Below, piece after piece: positions 63,091 to 64,000 of a stretch of 64,000 bases of DNA (position 1 is its first letter; the number at the start of each line of letters is the position of its first letter). The stretch spans positions 16,926,001-16,990,000 of the forward strand of contig OY740788.1 of assembly GCA_963514005.1 (NCBI GenBank), read 5' to 3'. Source of the DNA: Raja brachyura (taxonomy: Eukaryota). The position numbers and the translations under genes were made by a program. A model generated the notes under the pieces. It ran no database searches and was not told where the DNA came from. It saw only the letters and a list, made by a program, of their open reading frames with translations.

Positions 63091-64000
63091 GTTTGAAGTT
63101 TGATCTTTAGTATATGAGGAGTTACGATGAGCGATTACGTGAAGAAGGCCGTCAACCCGCATGCGCTTCAATCTTCAAAGCAGCGGTGTGAAATCACAGA
63201 TAACAGTTGTTGAACTAACATAGTAAGATTATAGATGACTAGAACTACCGGATGATCTTTATGATATGAGGGTGAGAGCGGTGGGCACGTAATCACTCAT
63301 CGTAACACCCCATAAAATAAAGATCAAACTTCAAACTGGTAAGTTCTCGTTTAATCTTACTATTTTACTTCGGAGTCACGTGAGTGACTACGTGAAGACC
63401 TTGAAGCTCTGTGATTTCATGCCGGATACGAGTCCAGGCATCATACAGTGCATCAATTGACCATGGATGAGTGAAAAAGATTAATGCATTCAGCCATGAT
63501 ATAGTTTGCTAAAAATGCGGATGCTTTAATCATCAAGGAAAAATAATAGTGACCCCTCCCATCGCGGGGAAAAATATGAAACAAAACATAAATGGAATTT
63601 GGCAATTACCCCCGGTCTGGCAATGGGTTATTATAAAATATTTGAAAGTTCGTTCGTTTGACCATCCTGCAGCTGCTAATATGTGGTCCAGTGGAACGTA
63701 CATGACCCTTGCTGCTAATGTAGTCGCAGCCCTAGTGGAGTGAGATAGAAAATATTAGTATCTACTCCTGCATACGCCAAAACCCGTTTGACCACCTAGA
63801 GATGGTTGGGATAGATACCTTTTATGAGGATTTTAGTAACTAACAAACATTGTTAGTGCAGAGCCTCTAAGACTCTTGGTGACCTTGACGTATTGTTGTA
63901 CATGAGTGACTACAGACAACCAAAGGTCCATGGGGTATGCCATGAGAAAATAGTTTGGGACCTGACGCCCCTGGTCTGCTCTGCTTAACTCCATCATAAA
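63091..64000 (-). mobile_element. DIRS1-type retrotransposon, copy 4 (3' portion; continues off the window; extreme right terminus missing)
   Basis: Right extension/ITR 63091-63166, ICR about 63286-63397, YR relic (HSTRAA, AAAGWS). Closely similar to copy 1, positions 3195-4070. Confidence 0.93.

Noticed and set aside
62538-63171. Overlapping ORFs and a CRISPR-like look of the 25-bp array
   Set aside because: The units are contiguous with no unique spacers and there are no cas genes. The ORFs are artefacts of a stop-free minisatellite.

Overview
This is eukaryotic, repeat-dense, apparently gene-free DNA. The repeat content (tRNA-headed HE1/V-SINE-like SINEs, CR1, DeuSINE relics, Penelope-type fragments) points to a cartilaginous fish such as a skate or ray; that assignment is inference. 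I found no supportable host protein-coding exon. The main contents are: four DIRS1-type tyrosine-recombinase retrotransposons (481-4095 +, 29038-33994 -, 55742-60107 +, 63091-end -), a decayed IR/DR Tc1 transposon, a young 5'-truncated Rex1/Babar-type LINE, a near full-length Hero-type RLE non-LTR element with terminal direct repeats, non-autonomous Helitrons, five PIF/Harbinger-type MITEs, two hAT-type elements with 8-bp TSDs, many SINE/CR1/Penelope fragments, a 25-bp minisatellite and one assembly gap. The most interesting signals are RNA structures. (1) A 140-bp insertion with a perfect 10-bp TSD (61822-61961, - strand) begins exactly at G1 of a complete 54-nt minimal HDV-like ribozyme, i.e. 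a ribozyme-headed SINE-like retroelement. (2) The Hero element carries a rearranged (non-circularly permuted) hammerhead ribozyme whose catalytic parts are split between its 3' UTR and its duplicated 5' end. Also notable are covariation between DIRS termini and their internal complementary regions, and a tail-to-head Helitron junction. All ribozyme calls come from manual base-pairing and are untested.
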